DNA from: Falsibacillus pallidus
GTDB lineage: Bacteria; Bacillota; Bacilli; Bacillales; DSM-25281
Length of the DNA: 24,000 nt
Assembly: GCF_050990905.1 (NCBI RefSeq)
Contig: NZ_CP158866.1
Span: forward strand, 2,554,651-2,578,650
Direction of reading: 5' to 3'
Shown: positions 8,466-18,619 of the stretch, in pieces
Position numbering within the stretch: the first letter of the stretch is position 1
How the letters are laid out: the number at the start of each line of letters is the position of its first letter
The notes under the pieces: model-generated
The model's input: only the letters and a program-made list of their open reading frames with translations
Told to the model about the DNA's origin: nothing
Databases searched by the model: none
Position numbers and translations under genes: made by a program

Positions 8466-10153
8466 CAAGTTTGTTTCATGGTATGGGCCAATTCTAATAA
8501 TTCCTGAGCGTGTTTTTTTGTTAAATCAGTGATTTCTACACCGGAAATCATTCGCCCGATTTCTTTTATTTTTGTCTCATTATCAAGCGGAGTGACAGAT
8601 GTTGTTGTCCGTCCACTTGCAATGTTTTTTTGGATAAGAAGATGAGTATCCGCCATTGCAGCGACTTGCGGCAGATGGGAAATGCATAAAACCTGTGAAT
8701 GGGATGCAATCTGGTGGATCTTTTCAGCAATTGCCTGAGCGACCCTGCCGCTTACACCCGTATCCACTTCATCAAATATAATGGAAGTAACTCCTTGATG
8801 CTGTGAGAAAATGGTTTTAAGGGCAAGCATCATCCTCGATAACTCTCCGCCTGAAGCAACTTTCGCAATCGGTTTCAGCGGTTCTCCAGGATTTGTTGAA
8901 ATAAAGAACTCAATCGAATCCATTCCATCTTTTTTAAATGCGCTGGCAGCTTCATCAAATTGAACCTGAAAAACGGTTTTTTCCATATAAAGATGCTTTA
9001 ATTCTTTATGGATGCTATCGGTGAGCTTTTTCGCCCATTTTTTTCTAAGGGCGCTTAATTCACCTGCTTCAATGGACAAATCCTTTTCCAATGAAGCAAG
9101 CTCCTTCTGAAGGTTATGCAAATGGTTGTCTCGATTGGTTATCTCATCAATTTCCTCTTCGATTTTTGCACTGTATTCTGCAATTTCTTCGATAGATGAG
9201 CCATACTTCCGCTTAAGACCGTTGATTTCATTTAACCTTGCTTCAATTTCATTTAGCCGTTCCGGATTGAACTCAAGTATGTCCAGATGATTTCGTACGG
9301 TCCTTGTTGCGTCCTCAAGTGCATAGAAGCTATTCGATACCGCTTCTAAAGCTCCCTCCAGCTCACTATCCAATTCTGCTGCAGTTTCAAGGTGGCCCAT
9401 GACCAAACTGACCCAATCCAACGCCTTTTGCTCTCCCTGGAGACCAGAATAGGCTGATTGCATGGATTCAGCCAATCTTTCGAAATTACCCAATTTCTTT
9501 TTTTCTTCGCTTAGTTCCACATCTTCGCCAATTATCAGATTGGCTTTTTGAATTTCACTAAACTGAAATTGGATAAGATCAAGCCTATGTGCCATTTGCT
9601 GTTCATTTTCACTCAATTGCTTGATGCGCTTTTTTGTCTGATCATACCGGGAAAATACCTCTTGGTAATTTTTCAGCGCCCTTGCAATTTCCTTTTCTCC
9701 GAATTGATCGAGCAGCCTGATATGGACAGATTCATCCATCAGCTCTTGATGTTCATGCTGACCATGAATATCCACAAGCGAAGATCCGATTTCGCGAAGG
9801 ATTCCTATCGTCACAAGTTTGCCGTTTACCCGGCACACACTTTTCCCGTTACTGGAAATATCACGCTGAAGGACAACCATTCCTTCCTCTATTTCAATGC
9901 CTAATTCAGCTGTTTTAACATAGCAGGGATGATTTTGGTTCTCTAAAATGAACAACCCTTCCAGTTCAGCCTTTTTTTCGCCATGCCGAACAAATTCCGA
10001 GGATCCCCTTCCTCCGGCAAGCAAGTATAGAGCATCGATAATGATGGATTTTCCTGCACCTGTTTCACCGGTGAGAACCGTGAGTCCCTTTTCAAGTGAA
10101 ACCGTCAATTCATCTATAATTGCGAAGTTTTTTATTGATAATTCTTGCAGCAA
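8465..10153 (-). CDS. recN: DNA repair/recombination protein RecN (SMC-like ATPase)
   Basis: N-terminal Walker A LTGETGAGKSIIIDAL, coiled-coil middle, C-terminal signature ASGGELSRMMLALK and Walker B IIFDEVDTG. TTG start at 10151-10153 with GAGGTGA 7 nt upstream. Confidence 0.95.
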   Translation of the reverse strand: MLQELSIKNFAIIDELTVSLEKGLTVLTGETGAGKSIIIDALYLLAGGRGSSEFVRHGEKKAELEGLFILENQNHPCYVKTAELGIEIEEGMVVLQRDISSNGKSVCRVNGKLVTIGILREIGSSLVDIHGQHEHQELMDESVHIRLLDQFGEKEIARALKNYQEVFSRYDQTKKRIKQLSENEQQMAHRLDLIQFQFSEIQKANLIIGEDVELSEEKKKLGNFERLAESMQSAYSGLQGEQKALDWVSLVMGHLETAAELDSELEGALEAVSNSFYALEDATRTVRNHLDILEFNPERLNEIEARLNEINGLKRKYGSSIEEIAEYSAKIEEEIDEITNRDNHLHNLQKELASLEKDLSIEAGELSALRKKWAKKLTDSIHKELKHLYMEKTVFQVQFDEAASAFKKDGMDSIEFFISTNPGEPLKPIAKVASGGELSRMMLALKTIFSQHQGVTSIIFDEVDTGVSGRVAQAIAEKIHQIASHSQVLCISHLPQVAAMADTHLLIQKNIASGRTTTSVTPLDNETKIKEIGRMISGVEITDLTKKHAQELLELAHTMKQT

Positions 10154-10169
10154 GTAGCATTCACCTCAT

Positions 10170-10619
10170 TCAAAGCATGTCAATAAGCCTTTTGGAGATT
10201 ATTTCTGTTTCTTTTTCCGTCCTGCAGATAATTAAACATGTGTCATCACCACAAATCGTTCCGAGGATCTCGTCCCAGTCCAAATTATCAAGCAGCGCTC
10301 CAATTGCGTTGGCATTCCCAGGCAGCGTCTTCATAACAAGCAAATGACCTGCAGTATCACATCTGATAAAAGCATCGGTCAATGATCGTTTAAGCTTTTG
10401 AAGCGGATTGAATCGTTGGTCTGCAGGAAGGCTGTATTTATAGCGGCCATCCATTAAAGGGACTTTGACCAAGTGAAGTTCTTTAATATCCCTCGAAACG
10501 GTTGCCTGCGTTACATTGAACCCTGCATTCTTTAATTCATCGACTAATTCATCTTGAGTTTCAATATCATTCTGTGCGATGATCTCTCTTATTTTAATAT
10601 GCCGCTGTCCTTTATTCAT
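10170..10619 (-). CDS. argR: arginine repressor ArgR/AhrC
   Basis: [14 protein letters not shown]...[19 protein letters not shown]...[14 protein letters not shown] closely matches Bacillus AhrC. Start placed at ATG 10617-10619 by homology. The ORF-track TTG at 10634 directly abuts the G-rich SD. Confidence 0.93.
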   Translation of the reverse strand: MNKGQRHIKIREIIAQNDIETQDELVDELKNAGFNVTQATVSRDIKELHLVKVPLMDGRYKYSLPADQRFNPLQKLKRSLTDAFIRCDTAGHLLVMKTLPGNANAIGALLDNLDWDEILGTICGDDTCLIICRTEKETEIISKRLIDML

Positions 10620-10721
10620 CATATATGATTGCAACCCCTAACCATTCTGTATAAATATTCTCCTATATACGAACATGTTAGCTTATTTCTTCTTCCTTGT
10701 ACATGATTCTTTCCCAATAAT

Positions 10722-10756
10722 GTGTAAAAGAAAAGCCTGTACATAAGTACAAGCTA
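10722..10756 (-). terminator. intrinsic terminator overlapping the yqxC stop codon
   Basis: Minus-strand AGCTTGTAC-TTAT-GTACAGGCT (one G-U pair) followed by TTTCTTTT. Confidence 0.5.
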
Positions 10757-11587
10757 TTTTTCTTTGGACTTCAGCTGCTGGTGAGCTTCCAAGACCACTT
10801 CTTTTATTTTTTGATCCATATCCTCGATGGCATCTGAATCATCTCCGCCCCAATTGATATGGGCTAAAAATTCTATGTTGCCATCTCCGCCGGTTATCGG
10901 TGAGAAGGAAAGGTTTTTTAGGATATATCCTTCTTCTGAAGCAAAAGAAAGGACCTTTTTCAAAACTTCCTCATGCACTTTTGGATCCCTGACTATCCCC
11001 TTTTTGCCCACTTGTTCCCTTCCTGCTTCAAACTGTGGTTTGATTAACGCCACTACGTCGCTGTCCTGCACAAGCAAGGTCTTCAGGACAGGCAGAATCA
11101 ATTTTAAGGAAATAAAGGAGACATCAATGGAGGAGAACTCAGGAAGGCCTTTCTCCAAATCTTCAGGGGTTACATACCGGAAGTTTGTCCTTTCCATAAC
11201 GACGACTCTTTCATCCTGCCTTAATTTCCATGCAAGCTGATTATAGCCGACATCCAATGCATAGGACAGCTTAGCACCATTTTGAAGTGCGCAGTCTGTA
11301 AATCCGCCTGTCGATGAACCGATGTCAATCATTATCTTCCCTTTTACATCCACACTGAACTCTTTCAATGCTTTTTCAAGCTTCAAACCGCCCCGGCTGA
11401 CATAAGGGAGGATATTCCCCTTGACAGTAAGGGGGATATCTTCGCTCACTTTTTCTCCAGGCTTGTCCAGCCTCATTTCGTTGGAATAGACAATCCCGGC
11501 CATTACGGCCCTTTTTGCCTTTTCCCTCGTTTCAGCTAAACCTCTTTCAACTAAAAGTATATCTACACGCTGTTTTTTTGCTTTCAT
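10754..11587 (-). CDS. yqxC: TlyA-family rRNA 2'-O-methyltransferase (S4 + FtsJ domains)
   Basis: S4-like N-terminus (RVDILLVERGL..TREKAKRAVMAG) and SAM-binding motif IDIGSSTGGFTDC. ATG at 11585-11587 lies 2 nt after the dxs stop. Confidence 0.88.
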   Translation of the reverse strand: MKAKKQRVDILLVERGLAETREKAKRAVMAGIVYSNEMRLDKPGEKVSEDIPLTVKGNILPYVSRGGLKLEKALKEFSVDVKGKIMIDIGSSTGGFTDCALQNGAKLSYALDVGYNQLAWKLRQDERVVVMERTNFRYVTPEDLEKGLPEFSSIDVSFISLKLILPVLKTLLVQDSDVVALIKPQFEAGREQVGKKGIVRDPKVHEEVLKKVLSFASEEGYILKNLSFSPITGGDGNIEFLAHINWGGDDSDAIEDMDQKIKEVVLEAHQQLKSKEK

Positions 11588-11589
11588 GT

Positions 11590-13482
11590 TCAAGCCCTTT
11601 TTTGTTTTTTTGGTGTTAATGCCTGTATTTTGGATACTGCCTGTTCTTTCGTAAGTCCGATTTCTTCGAGTAGTTTATCCACACTGCCATGTTCGACAAA
11701 ATAATCGGGAATCCCCATTCGATCAATTACAGCACGCCCGAAGCCATGGTCATGGGCAAATTCTAATACAGCACTTCCGAAACCGCCTTGGAGCACTGCT
11801 TCTTCAATAGTCAGGATCGGCATATCCTGCGACATGATATCGGCAAGCATTTTTTCATCCATCGGCTTAATGAATCTCGCATTTACGACTTTGACTGAAA
11901 TGCCCATTTGCGCAAGTTCATCTGCTGCTTCTATTGCCATCGGAATTGTTGTTCCAAAGGTAAGGATGGCTGCATCTTCACCGTCCCTTAATACTTCCCA
12001 AGAGCCGATCGGAAGAGACTTGAGCTCTTCGTCCATTGGGACCCCGTAGCCATTCCCTCTAGGGAATCGCATCGCAATTGGACCTGCATCATAATCTATA
12101 GCTGTCTTGACCATATGCTGTCCTTCATTTTCATCTTTCGGCATCATCAAGACCATATTTGGCAAGTGTCTTAAAAATGCGATATCAAAGACGCCTTGAT
12201 GGGTTTCACCATCTGCCCCCACAAGTCCTGCCCTGTCAATTCCAATGAATACATTTAGATTCTGACGGCAAATGTCGTGCACGACCTGATCGTATGCCCT
12301 CTGCAGGAAAGTAGAATAGATCGCTAAAAATGGCTTCATCCCTTGAATGGCCAATCCAGCTGACACGGTAGCCGCATGCTGCTCGGCGATTCCCACATCA
12401 AACATTCGATCCGGGAATTCACTTGCAAATCCTTCAAGCTTGGAACCAACAGGCATCGCCGGGGTGACGGCAACAATCCGTTCATCCTCCCTTGCAAGCT
12501 TCCTGACTGTTTCACTTACAAGCTTGCTCCATGCAGGAGGTGCACTTACCGGTTTGATCAGATCACCAGTTTCGATTTTATATGGACCTGTTCCATGCCA
12601 GGTTCCGATAATATCAGACTCTGCTGGATGGAACCCTTTCCCTTTTTTCGTAATCACATGGAGGAGGACTGGCCCCTTCGTCTTTTTCGCATATTGAATA
12701 TTTTCGAATAAATCCTCGAAATCATGACCATCAACCGGACCAAGGTATGTGAATCCAAGATCCTCAAAAAACATGCCGGATACAAGGAAGTACTTCATGC
12801 TGTCTTTAATTCTCTCAGCAGTAGCGGCAAGCTTTCCGCCTACAGCAGGTATTTTCTTCAATAAATATTCAAGTTCATCTTTTGCCCATCGGTATTTCCC
12901 TGCAGTCCGCAGTTTGCCCAGGACTTTGTGAAGGGCTCCTACATTCGGGGCAATGGACATTTCATTGTCGTTAAGAACGACGATCATGTCCTTGTTTTCA
13001 TCCCCGATGTGGTTAAGCGCCTCCAAGGCCATCCCGCCTGTAAGCGCACCATCTCCTATGATCGGAAGGATGAATGATTTCTCTTTTTTCAAGTCCCTTG
13101 CAATCGCCATCCCCATTGCTGCTGACAGGGATGTTGAGCTGTGTCCGGTTTCCCATACATCATGCTCGCTTTCGTTTCTCTTAGGAAATCCGCATAAACC
13201 CTTGTATTGGCGTAGTGTATCGAATTCCCCGGCACGACCAGTTAAAATCTTATGAACATAAGACTGATGTCCTACATCCCAGATCAATTTATCCTGTGGG
13301 CTGTCAAAGCATTTGTGCAGTGCAAGAGTCAGTTCCACCACACCAAGATTAGGTCCGATATGACCGCCAGTCTTTGAGAGCTTTTCAATCAGGAACTGTC
13401 TTATTTCTCCGCTGAGCTGCTCTAATTCCTCTTTGTTCATTTTTTTGAGAAAACTGGGGTCTTTTATCGATAATAGATCCAT
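11590..13482 (-). CDS. dxs: 1-deoxy-D-xylulose-5-phosphate synthase
   Basis: [15 protein letters not shown]...[18 protein letters not shown]..., a TPP-binding motif [15 protein letters not shown], and full-length Dxs similarity. ATG 13480-13482 chosen over the adjacent GTG 13485. Confidence 0.96.
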   Translation of the reverse strand: MDLLSIKDPSFLKKMNKEELEQLSGEIRQFLIEKLSKTGGHIGPNLGVVELTLALHKCFDSPQDKLIWDVGHQSYVHKILTGRAGEFDTLRQYKGLCGFPKRNESEHDVWETGHSSTSLSAAMGMAIARDLKKEKSFILPIIGDGALTGGMALEALNHIGDENKDMIVVLNDNEMSIAPNVGALHKVLGKLRTAGKYRWAKDELEYLLKKIPAVGGKLAATAERIKDSMKYFLVSGMFFEDLGFTYLGPVDGHDFEDLFENIQYAKKTKGPVLLHVITKKGKGFHPAESDIIGTWHGTGPYKIETGDLIKPVSAPPAWSKLVSETVRKLAREDERIVAVTPAMPVGSKLEGFASEFPDRMFDVGIAEQHAATVSAGLAIQGMKPFLAIYSTFLQRAYDQVVHDICRQNLNVFIGIDRAGLVGADGETHQGVFDIAFLRHLPNMVLMMPKDENEGQHMVKTAIDYDAGPIAMRFPRGNGYGVPMDEELKSLPIGSWEVLRDGEDAAILTFGTTIPMAIEAADELAQMGISVKVVNARFIKPMDEKMLADIMSQDMPILTIEEAVLQGGFGSAVLEFAHDHGFGRAVIDRMGIPDYFVEHGSVDKLLEEIGLTKEQAVSKIQALTPKKQKRA

Positions 13483-13602
13483 CACGGATCACTCACTTTC
13501 ATCAATTAATATTTATGCCGCTAACACACAATGTGATAACGGCACCATTTTCATTGTTATTGAGTTAAAAAATTAAAAATGCGCCATTATATCAATGACC
13601 GT

Positions 13603-13632
13603 ATTATACCATATCTATAATCATACACTCAA
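13603..13632 (-). promoter_or_regulatory. putative sigma-A promoter for dxs, with extended -10
   Basis: Minus strand: TTGAGT (13627-13632), 18-nt spacer, TGgTATAAT (-10 at 13603-13608). It would give a leader of roughly 110 nt. Confidence 0.55.
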
Positions 13633-13643
13633 ACTGTTGTATA

Positions 13644-14528
13644 TCAATGATCCCTTTGTGCAACAAGATCGGTGATGCCAAATAAGAATTCCGCCTCGTG
13701 ACCTGCGTTTTCCAAGGCACCCTTTGCCATGGATACATGTTCAGCAAGCTTTGATTTTGCCCCATCCAACGAGAGAAGGGACGGATAAGTGCTTTTATGA
13801 TTATCGGCATCACTGCCTACAGGCTTGCCGATCTTTGATTCATCTCCCTCAATATCTAAGATGTCATCTTGTATCTGAAAAGCAAGGCCAAGATTCACAG
13901 CATATCTTTCGTATTGTTTCAGCTCTTCTTCATTGGCTCCAGCGATTATTGCCCCTGCCAGTACACTGAATACAAGCAGTTTCCCCGTTTTGTGAAGATG
14001 GATATATTCCAATTGCTCAAGGCTGAGGGATTGATTTTCACCTTCGATATCTGCTGCCTGGCCGCCGACCATCCCTTCTGGCCCTGCACATTTTGCAAGC
14101 AAGGCAATCAATTTCATACGTGTTTGCGGTGATATGCTTTCATCTTCTGCAATCATCTGAAAACTGTAAGTCAGCAGACCGTCCCCTGCAAGAATGGCAA
14201 ATGCTTCTCCAAAAACCTTGTGATTGGTAGGTTTCCCTCTCCTGAGATCATCGTCATCCATACTCGGAAGATCATCATGTATCAGGGAATATGTATGGAT
14301 CATTTCAAGGGCACATGCAGCAGATAGGCCCATTTTTTCTTCTTTATTGAAGGCTTTTAAAGTAGCCATCAATAAGACAGGGCGCAGCCTTTTTCCTCCC
14401 GCTTGAAGGGAATAAAGCATCGCCTCTTTCAATCGCTCCGGTGTACTTAATTTTTGGACAGTTCTTTCTAATTCCGCTTCAATCATATTGATGCACTTTT
14501 TCATAAATTCTTTCAAGACAGCTGACAA
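13644..14528 (-). CDS. ispA: farnesyl diphosphate synthase (polyprenyl synthetase)
   Basis: First and second Asp-rich motifs (LIHDDLPSMDDDDLRRGKPT; FQIQDDILD). TTG start 14526-14528, 7 nt after GGAGGAGGA at the end of xseB. Confidence 0.92.
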   Translation of the reverse strand: MSAVLKEFMKKCINMIEAELERTVQKLSTPERLKEAMLYSLQAGGKRLRPVLLMATLKAFNKEEKMGLSAACALEMIHTYSLIHDDLPSMDDDDLRRGKPTNHKVFGEAFAILAGDGLLTYSFQMIAEDESISPQTRMKLIALLAKCAGPEGMVGGQAADIEGENQSLSLEQLEYIHLHKTGKLLVFSVLAGAIIAGANEEELKQYERYAVNLGLAFQIQDDILDIEGDESKIGKPVGSDADNHKSTYPSLLSLDGAKSKLAEHVSMAKGALENAGHEAEFLFGITDLVAQRDH

Positions 14529-14531
14529 GAT

Positions 14532-14759
14532 TCAATCCTCCTCTTGGAGCGAAAAATCTTTTTCGCCATCTTCAGTCAGGACTTTGGTCAATTGATTCTC
14601 CACATTCTTTAATTTATCGTGGCAAAGTTTAGAGAGTTCCATCCCTTTTTGATAGATTGTAATTGCTTCTTCGAGTTCAACTTCCCCATCCTCAAGCTTC
14701 TGTACGATGGCTTCAAGCTGTTCCATCGCCTGTTCAAAGGTCAATTTATCATCTTTCAT
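14532..14759 (-). CDS. xseB: exodeoxyribonuclease VII small subunit
   Basis: 75-aa helical protein (LTFEQAMEQLEAIVQKLEDGEVELEEAI) immediately after xseA. Its start overlaps the xseA 3' end by 11 nt, and GGAGGA lies 8 nt upstream. Confidence 0.92.
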   Translation of the reverse strand: MKDDKLTFEQAMEQLEAIVQKLEDGEVELEEAITIYQKGMELSKLCHDKLKNVENQLTKVLTEDGEKDFSLQEED

Positions 14760-16107
14760 TGTAAGATTCCTCCTTTATTTCATCCACAGTGCATTGCAGC
14801 TGTCCATCTTTTAAATGAACCTTTATGTTCTGTCCCGCTTTAAGCTGTTCGATCGACTTCACTACTTGTCTATTTTCCGTATAAGCGACACTATAGCCCC
14901 TATCCATTATTTTCAAGGGATTCAGAGCTTCAAGGGCAGTAAGGCTTTTAGCGAATTTTTGGTTTTTTTTCTCCAAAATCCCGCCCATATTCCTTTGCAG
15001 CCATTTATCCAGCCCTTTATGTCTTTCTACTGATTGCTCCCATTTCCTTTGTGGATGATTCCGTTCCAATCTCATCGTTAAATGATTGACTTTCTCTTCA
15101 AAAGCTTGGAAGTAAATAGACTTTTCTCTTTGGAGCCTCTCTGTAAGCCTATCCAATTGAACCATCTTTTGCTCATATAATTTGATAGGATTTCTAAAAA
15201 CATAGCTTTGCTGAAGTCTTTGGAGTGCTTTTCTATAGGATTCTACTCTCGTTCTCATGCTTCTGATGAGCCTCATCTGCTGATTCATCACTCTATCAAG
15301 GACCTCTTCGATATGAGGCACGGCCAACTCTGCAGCCCCTGTTGGAGTCGGCGCCCTTAAATCTGCCACAAAATCTGCAATGGTAAAATCCGTTTCATGC
15401 CCTACTGCAGATATTACGGGGATGGAGGAATGATAGATTGCACGCGCAACCACTTCTTCATTAAAGGACCACAACTCTTCTATTGATCCTCCACCCCTGC
15501 CAACGATCAGTACGTCGATGCCGCCTATTTCATTTGCTTTTGAAATGGCATCCACAATTGAGGCAGCAGCCTTTTCCCCTTGCACCAATGCAGGGATGAT
15601 GAGAGTTTTTCCAATCGGGTATCTTCTTCTGACAGTCGTGATAATGTCCCTAACAGCCGCGCCGGTTGGAGAAGTGATGACTCCGATTGTACGGGGATAA
15701 GATGGGATTTCTCTTTTTCGGGATTGTAAAAACAACCCTTCTTTTTCTAATTTCTCTTTTAACTGTTCGTATGCTAAATAAAGAGCACCAATACCGTCGG
15801 GCTCCATGGATTTAACATAAATTTGGTACTGTCCGCTTGATTCAAAAATTGAAATATCCCCACGAACCAATACATTCATTCCGTTTTCCGGCTGGAATTT
15901 TAAAGAGGCCGCTGAAGATGAAAACATGACGGACATTATGCGGGATTTATCATCTTTCAATGTAAAATACATATGTCCGCTCGAATGCCTTTTGAAATTC
16001 GAAATTTCCCCTTTTACATATACATCTTTCAGATATGGATCCATTTCAAATTTTTTCTTTATGTATTTCGTAAGTGCCTTTACAGTAAGGTAGCGATTAT
16101 CTGTCAT
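14749..16107 (-). CDS. xseA: exodeoxyribonuclease VII large subunit
   Basis: OB-fold N-terminus (VKALTKYIKKKFEMDPYLKDVYVKGEISNFKRHSSGHMYFTLKD) and catalytic core. ATG 16105-16107 lies 6 nt after GAGGTG. The ORF-track GTG at 16116 lies inside that SD. Confidence 0.92.
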   Translation of the reverse strand: MTDNRYLTVKALTKYIKKKFEMDPYLKDVYVKGEISNFKRHSSGHMYFTLKDDKSRIMSVMFSSSAASLKFQPENGMNVLVRGDISIFESSGQYQIYVKSMEPDGIGALYLAYEQLKEKLEKEGLFLQSRKREIPSYPRTIGVITSPTGAAVRDIITTVRRRYPIGKTLIIPALVQGEKAAASIVDAISKANEIGGIDVLIVGRGGGSIEELWSFNEEVVARAIYHSSIPVISAVGHETDFTIADFVADLRAPTPTGAAELAVPHIEEVLDRVMNQQMRLIRSMRTRVESYRKALQRLQQSYVFRNPIKLYEQKMVQLDRLTERLQREKSIYFQAFEEKVNHLTMRLERNHPQRKWEQSVERHKGLDKWLQRNMGGILEKKNQKFAKSLTALEALNPLKIMDRGYSVAYTENRQVVKSIEQLKAGQNIKVHLKDGQLQCTVDEIKEESYNER

Positions 16108-16131
16108 TTCTCCCACCTCTTTACTAGAAAT

Positions 16132-16170
16132 TCAAAGAAAAGCTGCCGGAAACGATAAAGGCAGCTTTTG
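16132..16170 (-). terminator. intrinsic terminator downstream of nusB, about 25 nt before the xseA start
   Basis: AAAGCTGCC (16139-16147) pairs with GGCAGCTTT (16160-16168) around a 12-nt loop. On the minus strand it is followed by TTTTCTTTG. Confidence 0.65.
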
Positions 16171-16229
16171 ATTCAACCAGCAAATAGTCTATATATTCAA
16201 ATCTGCTGCTGTCCATCAGGGAAATAGAA

Positions 16230-16622
16230 TTACTTATTCAAGGAATCTTTAACTTTTGAAAGGACCCCATTGATGAATTTGCTTGATTGGTCATCTCCGA
16301 ACACTTTGGCAATTTCTATCGCTTCATTAATTGCAACGTTTGGCGGCATTTCCTCGACGAAACACATTTCATAGACACAAATCCTCATGATATTACGGTC
16401 TACTTTTGCCAGTCGGTCAAGTTTCCATTTTTGCAGGTTAGACTGGATTTTTTCATCAATTTCATTTTTATGTTCCATCGTGCCGCTTACAAGCTGCTGA
16501 AGGTATTCATCGTTTGACTTTCCTTCCAGCACGTGCTCAATTGCATCTGAGGCTGAGATATCATTCATGTCCATTTGGAAAAGGGCTTGAAGCGCTTTTT
16601 CACGGGCAGTACGTCTTTTCAT
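16230..16622 (-). CDS. nusB: transcription antitermination factor NusB
   Basis: 130-aa ORF with NusB-family sequence (RTAREKALQALFQMD...AINEAIEIAKVFGDDQSSKFINGVL). Confidence 0.94.
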   Translation of the reverse strand: MKRRTAREKALQALFQMDMNDISASDAIEHVLEGKSNDEYLQQLVSGTMEHKNEIDEKIQSNLQKWKLDRLAKVDRNIMRICVYEMCFVEEMPPNVAINEAIEIAKVFGDDQSSKFINGVLSKVKDSLNK

Positions 16623-16742
16623 TTATATATTGCTCCTTTTAAAATCAATTTCAATCTTTCAATTCGTCATAAGAAGATAATAGCATAAATGAAGGAATGA
16701 AAGCACGAGTATTGTAATAGAGGAATAATTCTTACATCTCCA

Positions 16743-16771
16743 ATTTAAAGATTAATGGTGGAATGGGTCAA
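16743..16771 (-). promoter_or_regulatory. putative sigma-A promoter for nusB
   Basis: Minus strand: TTGACC (16766-16771), 17-nt spacer, TTAAAT (16743-16748). It would give a leader of roughly 115 nt. Confidence 0.5.
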
Positions 16772-16777
16772 TTTTAA

Positions 16778-16807
16778 TGAAAAGAGGAGCCCCTTTTAGG
16801 AGCCCCC
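16778..16807 (-). terminator. probable intrinsic terminator downstream of the Asp23-family gene
   Basis: Minus-strand GGGGCTCC-TAAAA-GGGGCTCC can pair as an 8-bp stem with two G-U pairs, followed by TCTTTTCATT. Confidence 0.45.
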
Positions 16808-16817
16808 ATATCAATCA

Positions 16818-17234
16818 TTATTCTTCGATTTCGTATTCCGCTTCAATCTTCTGGTTTTCGAATTGGATGCCCACTACATGGACATTTACTTCATCTGCAT
16901 CAAGTGCAGTCATATTCAATAAGGCTTGACGGATATTATCCTGGATTTTCTGGGCCACTGAAGGAATGGAAACACCAAAATTCATCAGGCAGTATACATC
17001 GACTTTAATGCCTTCTTCTGTCAATTCAACCTTGACGCCTTTTCCGTGGTTCTTCTTGCCGAGTCTTTCAACTACGCCAGTGGCGAAGTTCCCTCTCATC
17101 TGGGCAACACCTTCCACTTCGGAAGCAGCAATCCCTGCAATGACTTCAATGACTTCCGGTGCAATTTCCACCTTGCCAAGGCCGTCGTTGCCCTGATCCA
17201 TTTCAAGCATATTATAGTTTTGGTTTTCAGCCAT
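16818..17234 (-). CDS. yqhY: Asp23/Gls24-family alkaline-shock envelope stress protein
   Basis: 138-aa acidic protein with an Asp23-family pattern (KVEIAPEVIEVIAGIAASEVEGVAQM). GGAGGTG SD. Position after accC matches Bacillus. Confidence 0.85.
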   Translation of the reverse strand: MAENQNYNMLEMDQGNDGLGKVEIAPEVIEVIAGIAASEVEGVAQMRGNFATGVVERLGKKNHGKGVKVELTEEGIKVDVYCLMNFGVSIPSVAQKIQDNIRQALLNMTALDADEVNVHVVGIQFENQKIEAEYEIEE

Positions 17235-17254
17235 TAAATGACACCTCCATATTT

Positions 17255-18607
17255 TTATGAATTCATAACATCATATTTTTCAAGGAATTTCGTGTTGAAA
17301 TCCCCGCCAACGAATGTTTCATGTTCAAGCAGTTTAATGTGGAAAGGAATCGTTGTATGGACGCCTTCGACAACAAACTCACTCAAGGCACGCTTCATTC
17401 TTTGGATGGCTTCTTCCCTTGTTGCACCGTAAGAAATGACTTTCGCAATCATGGAATCGTAGTATGGTGGAATCGAATAGCCTGGATATGCTGCTGAATC
17501 CACGCGCACACCAAGTCCGCCAGGAGGAAGATACATTTCAATTTTACCCGCTGAAGGCATAAAATTCTTTTCCGGATTTTCTGCATTGATCCTGCATTCG
17601 ATTGCCCATCCGTTGAACGTTACTTCCTCCTGTTTCAAGGAGAGCTTTTCTCCTGAAGCGACTTTGATTTGTTCTTTGATCAAATCAACGCCTGTAACCA
17701 TTTCCGTTACTGGATGCTCTACTTGGATCCGCGTATTCATTTCCATGAAATAGAATTTACGGTTTACATGGTCAAAGATGAATTCAACAGTACCAGCACC
17801 TGAATAATCAACTGCCTGCGCTGCTTTTACAGCTGCCTCACCCATTGCTGCCCTTGTTTCTCCATCCAATGCAGGGGACGGCGTCTCTTCCAGAAGCTTT
17901 TGAAGCCTTCTCTGAATGGAACAGTCCCTTTCCCCTAAGTGGATAACATTTCCGTGATTGTCAGCAAGCACTTGAATTTCTACATGACGGAAATCCTCGA
18001 TGTACTTTTCAATATATACCCCAGGATTGCCAAAAGCAGTCATGGCTTCCTGCTGAGTGATATTGATCCCTTTAATAAGCTCCTGCTCTGTCTTTGCAAC
18101 GCGGATGCCTTTCCCTCCGCCTCCAGCAGTTGCCTTGATGATTACAGGGTAGCCCATATCATTGGCAAGGGCTAAAGCATCATCGATATCCTTGACGATG
18201 CCTCTTGAACCTGGGACGATCGGGACGCCGGCTTCCCGCATCGTTTCCCTGGCAACATCTTTCGTACCCATTTTCGAAATGGCTTCCGGGCTCGGACCAA
18301 TGAAAATGATATTGCAGTCTCTGCAGAGCTCAGCAAAATCTGAGTTCTCTGAAAGGAATCCGTAGCCGGGGTGAATGGCGTCACAGCCAGTCAATTTAGC
18401 TACACTAATGATATTTGTAAAGTTTAAATAACTGTCTTTGGATGCTTTTGGTCCAATGCAATAAGCTTCATCAGCAATTTGAACATGAAGGGCTTCTTTA
18501 TCAGCCTCTGAATATACAGCGACTGATTCAATACCCATTTCACGGCAGGCCCTGATAACGCGGACCGCAATTTCTCCTCTATTCGCAATCAATACTTTTT
18601 TAATCAT
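17255..18607 (-). CDS. accC: acetyl-CoA carboxylase, biotin carboxylase subunit
   Basis: [26 protein letters not shown]..., the ATP-grasp glycine loop GGGGKGIR, and [14 protein letters not shown]. Confidence 0.97.
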   Translation of the reverse strand: MIKKVLIANRGEIAVRVIRACREMGIESVAVYSEADKEALHVQIADEAYCIGPKASKDSYLNFTNIISVAKLTGCDAIHPGYGFLSENSDFAELCRDCNIIFIGPSPEAISKMGTKDVARETMREAGVPIVPGSRGIVKDIDDALALANDMGYPVIIKATAGGGGKGIRVAKTEQELIKGINITQQEAMTAFGNPGVYIEKYIEDFRHVEIQVLADNHGNVIHLGERDCSIQRRLQKLLEETPSPALDGETRAAMGEAAVKAAQAVDYSGAGTVEFIFDHVNRKFYFMEMNTRIQVEHPVTEMVTGVDLIKEQIKVASGEKLSLKQEEVTFNGWAIECRINAENPEKNFMPSAGKIEMYLPPGGLGVRVDSAAYPGYSIPPYYDSMIAKVISYGATREEAIQRMKRALSEFVVEGVHTTIPFHIKLLEHETFVGGDFNTKFLEKYDVMNS

Positions 18608-18619
18608 TAAAATCGCTCC

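Noticed and set aside
10655-10680. LexA/Cheo box upstream of argR-recN (CTAACATGTTCG)
   Set aside because: The half-sites are separated by 2 nt, not the 4 nt of CGAAC-N4-GTTCG, and one half is mismatched. No GAAC-N4-GTTC was seen immediately upstream of recN either.
13604-13813. 69-aa ORF overlapping the ispA 3' end and the dxs promoter
   Set aside because: It is out of frame within ispA and extends over a promoter. It has no SD and no recognisable family. It is probably a shadow ORF.
16623-16742. BoxA-like NusB/NusE autoregulatory site in the nusB leader (TGCTTTCATT)
   Set aside because: The similarity to boxA (TGCTCTTTAACA / TGTTCTTTGAAA) needs a gap and several mismatches, which is not distinguishable from chance in AT-rich sequence.
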